A stretch of DNA of 32,785 nt. Origin: Perkinsus olseni (Eukaryota). A model generated the notes under the pieces. The model was not told where the DNA came from. It made no database searches and saw nothing but the letters and a program-made list of their open reading frames with translations. Position 1 is the first letter of the stretch; every line of letters starts with the position of its first letter. Location of the stretch: assembly GCA_013115125.1 (NCBI GenBank), contig JABANN010000396.1, positions 1-32,785 on the forward strand, given 5' to 3'. The translations under genes and the position numbers were made by a program. Of this stretch, positions 1 to 10,941 are shown piece by piece.

Positions 1-318
1 CATGTCAAAGCTTCGTACCAACAGAGTTATCTCAATTTTAGCGATTTGCATATCAAAATGGCACACACTGTACAGGGCAGAGAAGAATCCAGAGGCGAGG
101 CCACCGTTGTTTAGGATGAAGGCGACGCTGCACTCGCCGTCCTTTGTGACGCTGAAGTCTATGACCTTGACTGGAGGGTCGGAGGTCTCGATCGGAGCAC
201 CGGGCCTTGCTTCATCACTGTAGATGAGGTAAGTACCGGACAGGCATTCCAGTGCACCGCAGGAGAGTGATAGGATACAGAATATCAGACCGAAGATGAG
301 GTGAGAGGGAGTTGTCAT
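1..318 (-). CDS. Putative secreted protein, N-terminal part (runs off the window)
   Basis: ATG at 318 opens a frame with no stop down to position 1: MTTPSHLIFGLIFCILSLSCG-ALECLSGTYLIYSDEARPGAPIETSDPPVKVIDFSVTKDGECSVAFILNNGG... The hydrophobic N-terminus looks like a signal peptide. No family recognised. Confidence 0.6.
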   Translation of the reverse strand, partial: MTTPSHLIFGLIFCILSLSCGALECLSGTYLIYSDEARPGAPIETSDPPVKVIDFSVTKDGECSVAFILNNGGLASGFFSALYSVCHFDMQIAKIEITLLVRSFDM

Positions 319-619
319 AGTGACTGTTGCCGAAAAGCTGAAGAGAATTCACTATCGTCGACGACGTATCTTGGGTCGACTCAGGGATGTCACTAAAAAC
401 TCACAGACGCCAGACCGACCACGTGCTCCACGTGCATGGTTGCTCGCTGGAACTGCTTCGCCGGAGTGAGGCTGGTAGAGGCTGAGGTTGGTAGAGGCGA
501 AGCGAACGGACACCGCCACCGAGTCACAGCGCACGTGCGCGCGCTAGCGACGGCAGATCGGCGACCGGGGCGGCGGCGGCCCATCTTGGCGACCAAGGAT
601 GAGCCTGTAACCAGTCTTG

Positions 620-880
620 TGGCACTTGACCATGGTTGATATCTCCGACGCTTTCTGACATATACCATCAGCGAGAGGCGACATGAGCTGACGAGTGCTC
701 GGGAGAATAGGAGGAACAGAGAGCTAGCATCCGCAGGGCCATGTCCCGGGACAAGTCTTGCCACCGCGGGACATTCTCTGTCGCTGCAGCCATCATGTAG
801 CATTGCCATCATAAACTTCAACAGTCTTCCTCGACCGGCTCCCTTGCTCCCCGGCGTTGGGGCGTGGGCCAGAGGACCGC
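620..880 (+). pseudogene. Possible decayed reverse-transcriptase fragment (DIRS/LTR-like)
   Basis: 632-667 reads MVDISDAF*HIP, resembling the RT motif D-x-x-x-A-F-x-H-I-P. About 823-865 reads VFLDRLP-CSPALG, resembling RLPFGLxxSP. Stops and frameshifts are present and no clear YxDD is seen. Confidence 0.3.
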
Positions 881-1842
881 GCAAGGCGCGCAAGGCGCGC
901 CACGACCTCGGCCAATGTGACGGGGCGGCCTCTGAACCAAAGAGGGGCAGCCGCACCACATCGACAAGGTGGGCGGGAGGTGACTCAGAGAACACAATGT
1001 AAGTTCATTCTTGACTCTGAGTCAAAGTCAAGGATATACTCTCCTTAAAGAATATAATATAAAGATTAAGCTAAAAGCTTCTTTTCTTTATAATTTAAAA
1101 AAATGTCAGACTCTCCGACATCTACTCTGCGTTTTCCTTGAACAAGACCGCCCCCGTGATCGTCTCTGGCGCACCAACAAGACGCACGTGCTGCATCGGT
1201 GTCACACTGTGCTGCGGTTAGACGGTTGACTGATGTTCGTACAAGGGTGATGCTGTACCATTGAACAGTCACTCCATACTATGATGCGGATAACTCCTTG
1301 GCCTCGATACTGGTCTGTGTGGGTTTATAGTCCAACGCCGGTTGCGGTTCAGTGTGACTCTTGTCGATCTGCACACTTAGGGGCTCTTTGTAGCTTTGAT
1401 ACGGCGCGCAATCAGTCGGTTCGTGAAGAAGCTTCCCTAAGGGGTACACTCCAAGACTCGATTCGCTTGCTCTGGGTTTTCTGTTTTCTGTTTTGGCCAT
1501 GTGCCTTGGAATTTGCACTTTGCTCTCACCGGCTGCAGGGGATGGCGGAGAAGGGAAAGGGGCTCCAACGCAGCACATACCATTCGTTCTTCGCCCCTTT
1601 CCGCTATGTTGTAGCCCTATGAAGTCTGTAGGCTGATATCAACAGGACATATGGGCCCCCATGGGAATTGTTGTTCCCACAGCCCAATAACAAACCCAAC
1701 ACCATGAACCGAGCTGAAGCAGCAGCAGTGGTGGTGATGGTATCTTAGTAAACGGCGGTGAATGATCATTATATATCATCTACTCATACAGCATCCGCAG
1801 ACCTCAGCGACCGGCCTAAGGATGACGACATCGGCAAGTCAA

Positions 1843-4800
1843 CTATCCAGAACACTCACTTCGTCCACGGTGAGAACTTTGCGACTTGGACGATCTCCCT
1901 TCGTGGCCACTCGACGCCGATCGATGGCTAGCATGATGTCTACTGCGCGAGCGGGACGAAGATCGATCTTCATCATCAGAGCTTGCACTGGAGGAACGAC
2001 GCCGATGATGATGATGATGACGAGCTGGCCTACGACTCCGCGAACGGGACCTAACCGAACGCTGTGGTCGGCGACCATCAAGAGCCCCCAACAAATGCTT
2101 ATCAACAACCCTATTGCAACAGTACCAGCATGGGAGCATCGGCCCATTCCACCGCTAGTCAGAGGGGCACACAGTCCGACCCAATCGAACTCCCAGTCCT
2201 CACCGGTCTCGTCTTGACTTCCTCTCACGATGCGTCCGGCGTTTTCCTTGCCTTTCATCGTCATCATCCGATTGTCCACTGTCACTACTGTGGCCATCAT
2301 CACCATTGTCGCTGTCGTCGTGGTGACGGCTCCTTTTGTGATGGTGATGATGATGTTTTTTATGATGCTTCCTCTAAGCAGCAGGAAGACGTCAAGCACG
2401 GCGCCGCTCACTTCCAGCCTGTTCTCATCGATCACAGTGGTCAACGATAAACCAGCAGCCTCAGATACATATTCTCATCGACAGACGTTCACCAGAAGCA
2501 TTTTGGCGTCATGGGTGAGTTATATACTTACGGACCGACAGACCCCGAGTTCGACTCGGCATTCAACACTACCGGAACTACGCCCTCCGGGAGGGACCGC
2601 CGTAAATCAAAAAAGCACGAAGCCCCAAAGATTTTGTAAATCCGAGGGACCGAGACAGGTTTGGTATCCACAATGATGATAATCCGACTATAACGAAGGG
2701 GGGTACCTCCCTTTTCTTTCTCATCTTCCTCTCAGTTTCCAGCGCGTCGTCGTCCGGCTCGACCAATGAGGGCCCCTTCTTCTCAGCAGCGTGGATCAAT
2801 CTGAGGATGGCGATGATTATCGAACCGGTCGTCATCGAGATGAGGGGAACTCTACTTTTGACGTTCGAGCTGCCTGCCAATCACTTGGTCGTACATCTTC
2901 TTCATAGTCGCCTCTAAAAACGAAACACGATGGTATAGAACCCGCGACCTCCAGATTGAGAAAGCAGTGTCTATCCGTTGGAGTATTTATACCTGCATTT
3001 ATTGGAGCCATCCCCGCCTTCTCCATCTCCCTCTTCCTGTACATGTTGTCCCATGCCCCACTACGAAGACCTGCCTTCAACAAACACAATACTCACACCG
3101 CGCCAACAGTTTCCTCTTTTTCTATCAAAATCGATCGCGAGCTCCCCGACCACAACCCGCCGAGTACCGATTAGATTCCCTTGTGGAGCATCCGACGGCG
3201 GACGACCACTCATTGTGAGAGGACGAAAACAACACTGCAGCAGCAAGTCCACAAGTACATCGCAGAAAGAACGCAACTCCCATTCAGTGACGTCAGGACC
3301 CCATTAAGAAGCTGCTCAACGACACCGTCGCGTCTTCTTCAGCCCAGTCACACGCCATACGGGACCGATGTAATGCTAACAGCTGATCAGTTGACAGCGA
3401 TGATGATGGAAGCCGACCCTAAAAGATACCTCCCCGTGACATGCAAGCATCAACCTAAGATACGCCGACTGACCCTTGTTCGACCAGCCTTCGGTGTGGT
3501 TGAATCATCCGAGTCTGCGAATCCGCATATCGACAGGAAGTTGCGGAAATAGGGAGCGACCGAGGGAGACGTCCAGAGATGGCCATGCCCACCAAAGGGC
3601 GGGAATGCCGCAACAACCTGCAATCTCTGAAATCGATCACCAGGGCGCGCGCTTCCAGCATCACCTTATCGGGAGGAGCTCCGCTGTTGGCGGCTACCCG
3701 CATACCATGAGATACTGATATGATCATATCATCTCTCGGGTGGAGGACCATCAACGGAACTGGAGATTCCGAGACGAGACGGATGACGTCCCAGGAGCCA
3801 ACCTGCACATCGAAAGGTCCCCGGTTCGATCCCTGTACCCTGCTATTCTCCCTTCCCTGCGAACGAGCTCAGCCACATCATGATCGACGATGTGCGAAAT
3901 GAGTGGTATGAGATCCATCGATCTGCACGCATGCACAGAGGAGTACATTACCTGCCTCGGAGGTACGGCCAGTCGATCGAGCATGCAAAAAGTCTTCGCC
4001 CAAGACAAGTTCTCCTCCACGAATTCCGTGGCGAGTGACGATAACGTAGTGTAGGGGCTGATCGAGCAGCAACAGAAAGACGACATCTTTCAAGAAAAGA
4101 CGTTCACTCGGTGAACACTGTTTTGAATAACGACTGGCAGGGAGATAGCATTTACACGTCTGGGCTCGAAGGAGCATCATTCGCCCTTAACTCCGCAGCA
4201 TTCCCGATTTCCAAGATTGTAATAGTTCCTTTATTTCCACGCCGGCACACGGTCGAACTATGACCCGATTCACGCTCCGCGAGAATCTTAGGTTGAAGCC
4301 TACCTCTGAAGAAAGAGCCCGGCAACTTTGATATGGTGTTGATGCCATAATCGATGGACGAGACTCGCGGCAACACCGGTACCGATCGAGAAGCCACCTA
4401 CGATGATCCTTTCATAGGAGAAGGACAGTTCGTCCACGAGGAACCTAAGAGTGTATCTTGCCAGCTTCGACCTAAGATATGCTCGTCCCTCACCAGAGAG
4501 ATGCGTCAGCTAATGCGTTTATTGACTCCACGCCAATAGACATCCGACCATGCGGGTTCGGTGACAGACCGTAACCCGGATAATCAACCGCGAGGATCTG
4601 ATAGCAGTCCTTCGAGACAAGACTACGAGACTCAGGAGTAAAAGAAAGCGACTGTGATAACGATCTCATGCACAATTCTTTCCATTTCTCGCCAGGGTTT
4701 TTAGTCAGCTTGAGCGTGTGGTACAGTCGAGCACGCGAGAAGGTACAAGTTCCCGACAACCCATCTTCGACCTAAGATACGCGTCTCTCCCGCCCCTCCT

Positions 4801-5421
4801 ATCACATGTATTCCAAAAGCATCGGCCATCCTCTGCAGCATTTGTGATAGATGTTGGCCGACCGTTTCATAGTTACCATGAAAGTACAACATCACCGGTA
4901 CCTCACCGCCCTCCTGGCGGCCTCGTCTCGTCGAAAAAAACATTCCGGCGCAGTACCTGTCAGGACGGAGAACCTGCTCCTGGCGTCCTCGCATCAAACG
5001 TGGCGAGTGTGTGAGTTTCAAGTCCAACACCGGAAACCGGCTTAGTCAGACAACCACCGATGTATCTTGCTTCAAGAGAGAATCAAACGCAGCATTTTTC
5101 GTCTCAAGCAGAACCTGTTACTTACTGTCTAAAAGGCCCCCTATGAATGCTACTCGGAGGAGTTGGTGAAGATGCGGTAGCCACCGAACTGCCAGTACTC
5201 GTCCCTAGGCTGTAACCCGAACAACAAGATGCCTGCGTCACCGGTCGCTCCTCTAAGCCGTCATTATCATACACCTGCCGAAACGAATTTTGTGGCGCGC
5301 AGGCGGACCGATTGCACTGCCGTACCGGGATCCACACCAGCCGTTCTGCGTGCCTCGTGTAGCCGGGCTCACCGAAGAACGCCCCGGGGAAAATAACATA
5401 CTTTGAAATACACAAGCCCAT
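1843..5421 (-). CDS. Multi-exon alpha/beta hydrolase (ABHD17/BEM46-like) with a probable long low-complexity RS/His-rich C-terminal tail
   Basis: Phase-compatible GT-AG exons give MGLCISKYVIFPGAFFGEPGY..LVWIP (ATG 5421), VMLYFHGNYE, ILAVDYPGYGLS, RIIVGGFSIGTG (GxSxG nucleophile), LFLQSPYTTLSSLA, PLMVLHPRDDMIISVSHG (Asp) and PPFGGHGHL (His). The catalytic core at about 3470-5421 is secure. Further spliceable exons (about 3420-3325, 3234-3097, 3060-2993, 2948-2854, 2800-2707) continue toward an RS-rich exon with a stop at 1843. The 3' end is less certain; an alternative stop lies at 3293. Confidence 0.75.
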
Positions 5422-5509
5422 TATTCTGAAGGAAGACACCTCTCCGCGGACCCCTCACCTTCGGGCGCAGCATTGGACTTTTGTAACTCAAAACGTTTAG
5501 ACATGAAAC

Positions 5510-6460
5510 TCATATTCCCTGTGAACCGCTCGCATTCCCCTGTGATGGTTGAATACTCTCTATCAAGGCTTGCACCTAAATAATTGGGCTGAGCCGAGAA
5601 TCGAACCCGGGACCTCGCGCACCCGAAGCGCGAATCATACCACTAGACCACACAGCCGCTTGCGAACTAGCCTCTCACCTGCGCGAGGGTCTTGCTCCCA
5701 CCAAGACTTTCAGTTAATTTCGTAACGTCGTACTCAACAGTCACACCTGGCACACCAACCACCATGCAATATCGCGGGTGAAGAGGCGGAGACGTCAAAT
5801 GCCCCTCAAATTGAGGGCCTCAATGTCTATCACATCTCCTACATTGTTGCGAGGGCATTCGATCACAGCGAGCATCGAGCGGAGCCACTGCGGCCCGGGG
5901 TGATGGTCGAGAGCACCGGCACCCGCCGTAACCCATATCACTCCATTAACAGTTTCTGAGCCGGGTAAGATGACTACCTGGTGGGACGTTAGCTTGCTGC
6001 TCCCGCATACTCTCCCGTAACTTCATCAGCTCATCCGGCGTCCAGTCGAAGTTGGGATCCCCTGCCGAGGCCTGTACGGAACAATGGTGATGCAACTATC
6101 GCGCGCCACGAAATTATAACACCACGTCCGCAGCAGTCTTATGATGTATGGGCATACCATTTCATGGCGCGCGACAGATTACCTGTTGTCCAGTAGCGGC
6201 AGCAGGTTCCCCTGCTGATGTATTCTGATCAGCCAGCAAGGCCAAGTAGAGCAAATTCCGTTGCAGTCGCGACAGAAGCGGAACCCGCCTGATCACCAAC
6301 TATGATAGCACATCTCGGCGAGGCAAACGGCCGACCTTTCCACCGGGCAGCGGCCCTCCTGCAATTCCGTCAGCATCTCTATCATAACATCATTCTCGTC
6401 CAACATACGCTTGAGAGAGTCCGGGCCCGTGACGTGGCACGGCAGCTGAGCCGGGCCTGA
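5510..6460 (-). CDS. SSXT (SS18/SYT/GIF N-terminal) domain plus Myb/SANT-like domain protein, multi-exon, 5' end unresolved
   Basis: Spliced translation SLKRMLDENDVMIEMLTELQEGRCPVERRVPLLSRLQRNLLYLALLADQ matches the SSXT consensus (MLDEN...LQRNLxYLAxxAD). It continues FDWTPDELMKLRESM...G|VTVEYDVTKLTESLGGSKTLAQ|VQALIESIQ...GI* (Myb/SANT-like). Introns 6182-6072, 5977-5747 and 5678-5576 are phase-consistent. Stop at 5512-5510. Confidence 0.75.
5586..5657 (-). tRNA. tRNA-Pro(CGG), inside the last intron of the SSXT gene (sense orientation)
   Basis: GGCTGTG TGGTCTAGTGGTATGATT CGCGC TT CGG GT GCGCG AGGTC CCGGG TTCGATT CTCGG CTCAGCC C. Full 72-nt cloverleaf with one U-U pair in the acceptor stem. 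Confidence 0.95.
6099..6174. mobile_element. 76-bp MITE-like element with 16-bp TIRs (family B) inside an SSXT intron
   Basis: TCGCGCGCCACGAAAT (6099-6114) and ATTTCATGGCGCGCGA (6159-6174) are inverted repeats at 15/16. The same motif recurs at about 7354 and 30033. Confidence 0.6.
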
Positions 6461-6503
6461 TCAGCGAAGGCCTCTCCTCGTCGCTAGAAAGTCGTTTAGG
6501 AAA

Positions 6504-6582
6504 CCAATTGGGAAACTCAGAATCGATTCTGGAACCGCATTTTTCGTGTAATCATCAGTTCGGTTCTGAGTTTCAGAATTAC
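6504..6582. mobile_element. MITE-like dispersed repeat, family A, copy 1
   Basis: AATTGGGAAACTCAGAATCGA ... TCGGTTCTGAGTTTCAGAATT form inverted termini (18/21). Homologous to 7268-7345, 12423-12508 and 32043-32136. Confidence 0.7.
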
Positions 6583-7267
6583 GTAATCGAACGGGGACAA
6601 GGTTCAGAAATCGCGGGAGACCCTGGCATTTTCAAAGTAATCAAGCGACCCGGTCTTGACCGTCACCTAAGGTGCGGAGCTTTCATTTCCTCGCTCTCCA
6701 GCGGATGCAAAGTCTGCGCAGGATCAGCACAACTCATGCATCCCCAGGCATCTATTAATCGCCAATTTTCCCGCAAGTAGCCAATCACACTTTCCCCCAC
6801 CAGCGACACAGTCGAGAACTGTCGGTCTCCTATCCTCAGTCAAGTCCCTTCCATCATGCCAGAAAAGGAAATGACGTATGATTGAAACGCCCCCGAGTGC
6901 TCTGTACACACCGGAGAGGCCCTTCGCTACTGTTGTTGTCTATTCTACGTCTATGCTATTGTTGTCCTTCGCTCATGTTAGTCATGAGTGCGAGGGAGTA
7001 TCTAAAACTTCCGCTCGCAATTTCCACTTGAATGAAATTTAACAATTCTACTTGCGCAGTCCTGACCCGTTAATTTCCCACGGTCGGGCCGCAAAAGAAG
7101 ATTCAGTTGGTTGCGATTGCAAAGGGCTCGGCTATGTCCCCTCTATTACCTCGAGGCACCCCCTCCGTCGCTGCTGTTGGTGGAACTACTGAGGACCCAT
7201 GTGGAGGTTCTAATGACACATTTTGCATGTCGAAACAACCTAAGGTCGTCGGATAGTCTGCCGGGAC

Positions 7268-7345
7268 AGAACCCATTCTCGGAACCGCTTTTCAGGTTTA
7301 GTAATCAGTTCAAAGTCTCAGAGTCAGTTAACTCAGAAAAACTGG
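7268..7345. repeat. Family A repeat, diverged copy
   Basis: ATTCTCGGAACCGCTTTTCAGGTTTAGTAATCAGTTC aligns with ATTCTGGAACCGCATTTTTCGTGTAATCATCAGTTC of copy 1. Confidence 0.5.
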
Positions 7346-7456
7346 ACCGAATCCGCGCGCCATGAAATTGAAGCAAAATCCTATGATCTGCTCTCAGCCC
7401 GCTGAGTTCAGTTTCTACTAACTTCGGTTAGCAGAAGATTCTTCTTTTCACCAGGC

Positions 7457-8196
7457 ATGCTCGACCTCAACCATATCCTGACGTGCTTCGCAGGGAGCGA
7501 CCCGGCTCACGGGTGAGTGGACAAGAGGGGCACTAACATCGTCCGACTGGAGAGGGTTCAACTAAAGTGATAGTGTGGGGGAGTTCTGCAGAGACAACAT
7601 CTCATCAGACAGCATGTCCGAGTGGTTAAGGAGGTAGACTCGAAATCCACTAGGCTCAGCCTGCGCAGGTTCGAATCCTGCCGCTGTCGTTATATTCTGC
7701 TCAATTAACCTCATCTCCATGAATCCTACATCTTATTCAGTCACCTCCACCATCATGCTGAGGCCTCCGGAATGGTTATGAACGCGAAGGCGAAGGACCT
7801 CGGAGGGCTACTCCGTACACCATTAAATGAAGATGACTGCGTTATCCCTAAACGCTTAGCCGAGTACGCGGACCTACTTAGTACCGCAACAAGCCCAACT
7901 CTGTTCGTCTCATGGGGCTACTTTGGTTCTCTTCTTGAGCACCGCGGACCAGCAACCGCACAACACTCAGATACATAATACAAGTTCAAACTCCGTTGAA
8001 GCAATTCCACGTGAGGAGTGATTCTGACGGTTCATCAGAGCCTTTCGACAGCGGCACCGATGGCCCGGTCTACATACAGCTGCACGGTTATGATAAGCAT
8101 TATGATTACCACACATGTGAGTACTGCAAGGTGGTACGACGAGACCGGGTAGGGGGTGTTCAATGGACTAATTTCGAGACGCGAAATCGATGCTAG
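7457..8196 (+). CDS. Hypothetical multi-exon protein hosting tRNA-Ser in an intron
   Basis: Exon MLDLNHILTCFAGSDPAHG ends at a GTGAGT donor (7513). Splicing to TTATTCAG (7740) continues in frame into HLHHHAEASGMVMNAKAKDLGGLLRTP... (ORF 7772-7978). A possible last exon ends at 8196. No homology recognised. Confidence 0.4.
7608..7689 (+). tRNA. tRNA-Ser(CGA)
   Basis: GACAGCA TGTCCGAGTGGTTAAGGAG GTAGA CT CGA AA TCCAC T AGGC TCA GCCT GC GCAGG TTCGAAT CCTGC CGCTGTC G. 82 nt with a long variable arm and two A-C mismatches (acceptor 7:66 and anticodon stem 29:41). Confidence 0.92.
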
Positions 8197-9959
8197 AACC
8201 GCACTTCACGTTTAGCGATTCTACAATCGATTCTTGGTTTCGGGATTAGTTTATCGTTGAACTGTGTGATCTATAAGGCCTGTTGTTGCATGCCTCTTCT
8301 ATGTCTCTTTCGATGTGGGAAAGGGGAAGGATGGGTGATGCTGCCTAGGCGTGTCGAGCTCGGTCGAAGCTCTGATATCACCCGAGTCGAGGGTTTTAGA
8401 AGGAAAGAGTCGACAGTAAATGGTCGTTGATAGTCAGCAGTGAAGGGACAAGCCATCTCATTAGTCCATAGAATGTCTTCGATCAGGCTCAGGATGGTAC
8501 CTCCTCAAGCAGCATTTGAAAGCCGGCCGCCATTACGCTGTATCAGTGTTGGGCCCTGACGTTGGACCGGTGAAACAGATAGACCTCCATAATCCTACTG
8601 ACGACGACTGGTGAGTAGCCCTTGTCCTCGGGCTTCCTTCGGAGGTGCTCTTGCACATCATCGTCAGCTCATGTAGTACTCCCTCAGTGGCCGCTGGCCA
8701 CTGGTCAGGGTTGATTGTAGTTGATCCTAGTTGCCCTTCACGCCCGTAGGAGCATCAGAAATCTTTCTTTCATCTTTAATGAGGGCATCGGCTGAGCGGA
8801 GGTTCTCTCAATTACTAAGACCATGAATTTGTTCCACTAACGATTGGCGTATCTTTCGTCCAGGGACCTCCATGCTAGGTTCGCTGGCACGGTGCTTGTT
8901 AAAAGATTCACGCCAGAGGGAAGCGATGGTAAGGACCCGATGCACAGCGATGCTTGGGTGGAGTTCAAGGTCGGTGCTCCAATTCCATACCACACCTCCC
9001 AAATCATCTAGGTGAATAAATGGCTGGTTTCTCCAGACCATCCGGAGGAGTCTGTGGTGCGTACAGCGACCCCTCATTTCGTGGCGAGTGACGGTAGGGA
9101 GATCGCCCCATCTCACAAGGCGTTACTGAAGGCGTTATGACCATGTCTCGCTGCTGATAAAACTGTGATTTGTGTTAACTTAGTTTCTATCAATTTTCTG
9201 GAAGCGTAGTTCGGATCAACTGGTGGTCTGTTGAGTAGATGTTCTCTAGAGGTTACCTTCTGCTCATTTAATAGGGCGTACCACATTTCCCACAATTCAT
9301 ACAGGAAGACGGTATATCTCCTTCGTAGCTGGTTGATGGAGGCCTTTGTGTTATACTCATGACTTGGCGAAAAGTTGGTATGCTGGGAAACATAATCCAT
9401 CATTGTTCAAAGCGCCGAAACTCGTCAGTTTCAGAGAAAACCAACCATTTCGTTTACTTCGAGGTAGCAAAGATCTTACCCCAATTTCATTCCGACCAGC
9501 CTTCCTATTTCATGGCGAATCTGCCGATCGCAGCTCCCACTGCAGGGCCGGAGGGGACGGTGTTGCGGTACATAAATGGACAGCCGATATGTCAACCTAC
9601 TGGACCGAAAGCGGAGATCCAATCTCTATTGGAGAGGTAATGGGGAGTCATGGGCGATTTTCAGTGAAAATGCGACCAATTAATGACTCGAGCTTACGAC
9701 CTCCAAGCTTTCGCTGCATCCTAGGTTTATCCAGAAGATTGACAGATCATGTAAGCGGTACTCTAGAGTGACGATCCAAAGACCCTAGATGGTAGAATGA
9801 TCGTGATAGCGTGTACCCCTTTCGTGTTTATATTCTTGTACTGGATTTTATATTTTTGAGTGCTGGCCTTATGCTTGGTAATGAAACGTTCATTCGGGCA
9901 AGAACAGTGAAATGATAAGTCCAATACTGTTGACTGTTTTGTATTGGACGAGCTTCAAC

Positions 9960-10941
9960 CTTAGATATCTTTTACAAAAGCAATCGGCTCTTAAAGAGCA
10001 GCTAGAGAAGAACTCAGCTACGACGCAAGCCGTCCAAGCTGCGGAGAAGTTCCGAGTAGAAGCGATACAGGTCGTGGACCATGCCATAAGTATCTTAGGT
10101 TGATCATGGCTTTTCACGGATATCAGCGCTTCTACAGATACGCTCAATCTATTGACCAACGACAAGTGGCCGGTTGGGGATAAAACGGAGCACATGCAGT
10201 TTCTGCAGGTAGGAAAGATTTTTGCGGTTTTTCCATCAAATTATTTCTTGCTACTCTCCCGTCCATCATCCGCGGGATCAGTCTTTCCTACATATTAGTC
10301 TTTGGAATGGTTCTTGACAATAGACGAAAGTCAATTTTTTGGTTGAGTTTTGGTAGGTCGAGAAAAGCTGTTGCTGTGACTTACGCATAAGATATGCAAA
10401 AATTAGGACGAATTAACGAGAGAATAAGACGCATCTTATTTTCTGAATATTGAATGTAAAAGTCTTGAATTGAAGGTATTTTCTGAATGAATTTCTGAAT
10501 ATTTTCCGCTGCCACTCTGCTGCCCTCGCCGAAGTCGTATATGGGCGAATGTCGCTGTGGAGCACGCGCTTGCTGTTTCCTGTCCGAACTGCTATTGATA
10601 TCTGTGAAGGTTCGAGCTACCAATCCTGAGAGGGACGAGCTTGATGTTGGCACGGAGCTGATGGACAGGTTGTATAGACGGAAACAAATCTTACAGGATA
10701 ATCGTGAGTTGGCCAAGGAGTGGTAGAGATAACCCACCTCTGTCCTTGGGTAGGGGACCAAATATCCCTGACCCTCACACAAGCAGCTTCTTCTCAAGTA
10801 GAGCAGTGCCGAGCCTTTGGTAACATCCTCGTCGACTTGCGTGATAATTGCAGCAGAACGAAGTGGCAGATGCTACGTCGGGGACCGATCGTGCAGGTAG
10901 AAAATGGGGAGGGCGAGAATATCCGTCAATTGGAGTGGTGA
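9960..10941 (+). CDS. Hypothetical helical/coiled-coil protein exons, possibly degenerate
   Basis: Protein-like segments, some flanked by GT/AG: RYLLQKQSALKEQLEKNSATTQAVQAAEKFRVEAIQ, ..DKTEHMQFLQ|GTAGG, VRATNPERDELDVGTELMDRLYRRKQILQDNRELAKEW. Full structure not resolved. Confidence 0.3.

Noticed and set aside
1762-2676. Several overlapping 130-200 aa ORFs on both strands with Met/Ile/Val/His runs
   Set aside because: By-products of (CAT/GAT)n-type low-complexity sequence. At most the minus-strand exons are real.
5795-5838. Alternative last exon GDVIDIEALNLRGI* for the SSXT gene
   Set aside because: Splicing to 5746 and 5575 completes a Myb/SANT-like motif and fits better. It cannot be fully excluded without RNA-seq.
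4027-9092. Shared 14-mer CGTGGCGAGTGACG at about 4027 and 9080
   Set aside because: Short, one copy lies in a hydrolase exon, and the match does not extend. Likely chance.
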